From assembly GCA_964630975.1 (NCBI GenBank), contig CAZVVY010000001.1, positions 2,610-66,609 on the forward strand: 64,000 nucleotides of DNA, written 5' to 3'. Below, in pieces: positions 63,523 through 64,000 of this stretch (positions within the stretch are counted from its first letter, which is position 1; every line of letters begins with the position of its first letter). Both the position numbers and the translations under genes were made by a program. The notes beneath the pieces were generated by a model, which saw only the letters and a list, made by a program, of their open reading frames with translations, was not told where the DNA came from and made no database searches. The DNA comes from Candidatus Micrarchaeota archaeon. Lineage in GTDB: Archaea; Micrarchaeota; Micrarchaeia; Norongarragalinales; Norongarragalinaceae.

Positions 63523-64000
63523 TCAGGCCCCCAGCATTATGCTTGTAGCGTAAACCACTACGCAGTACAATAGTACGGCGATTGGAAGCGACTTGGCGAT
63601 GCTGGTGTAAGTGTGCAAGTCGTTGTTGGTGTCCTCTATTTGAGAGTTGAAGTAAGTGAGCAGTATCACGATTTCGAATACGTATATCCCCATTATCAAG
63701 GCGAACGTGGCAGGGTCGGCGTTGGCTTTCAAGGCCTCGGTGTTGCCGAACATGTTGCCCATGTTGAATCCCTGCGTTCCGGCGGTCTGCATCGCGCTCT
63801 CAGTGGTTTCCCCTCCTCCGGCACTGCTAAGAGAACTGATGATTAGGCGCTGCATTGCGCTTACCACGGCGAGTACGATGGGTGCTACGAAGGTCGCCAT
63901 CGTGGAAAGCATGGTGGTAACGTCTTGGAGGAGACGCTTTAGTGAGTCGTTTATTTTCTTGGAGTTGCGCAACTGCATCGACAAGTTGATGAGGGACTTG
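63523..64000 (-). CDS. Type II secretion system F/TadC-like membrane platform protein, C-terminal part
   Basis: LKRLLQDVTTML..MATFVAPIV; IMGIYVFEIVILL; runs off window. Confidence 0.7.
   Translation of the reverse strand, partial: KSLINLSMQLRNSKKINDSLKRLLQDVTTMLSTMATFVAPIVLAVVSAMQRLIISSLSSAGGGETTESAMQTAGTQGFNMGNMFGNTEALKANADPATFALIMGIYVFEIVILLTYFNSQIEDTNNDLHTYTSIAKSLPIAVLLYCVVVYATSIMLGA

Noticed and set aside
1..64000. CRISPR array, cas genes, transposases, inteins, rRNA
   Set aside because: No regularly spaced repeats or diagnostic motifs seen by eye; recognised proteins have normal lengths apart from the fusions noted

Overview
Archaeal chromosomal window, most consistent with a DPANN lineage such as Micrarchaeota (inferred from gene content, tRNA intron positions and BRE-TATA promoters; no marker search was run). 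Positions 1-10.4 kb hold the canonical archaeal S10-spc ribosomal protein operon, headed by a small rpoP gene that the ORF track missed. The rest encodes central carbon, nucleotide and housekeeping genes (tkt, fba, glpX, galT, glmS, ackA, apt, mtnP, guaB, dut, ndk, tyrS, fibrillarin, map, htpX), two tRNAs, many surface and glycosylation proteins, and part of a type IV pilus/archaeosortase region with a 2041-aa surface protein. The most notable locus is a rearranged anaerobic (class III) ribonucleotide reductase. A complete NrdR repressor is fused in frame to NrdD, two near-consensus NrdR boxes flank its own promoter, the glycyl-radical loop is encoded as a separate 55-aa protein, and a CxxC DUF1858 protein is coupled to nrdG. 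Other unannotated elements are a box C/D guide sRNA, a two-intron tRNA-Arg(CCG) whose T-loop intron resembles a hairpin just downstream, a structured leader upstream of glmS, a multiply frameshifted surface-protein gene and an apparently split, order-swapped GT-C glycosyltransferase. No CRISPR array, rRNA or transposase was seen. All family calls come from motif recognition by eye.
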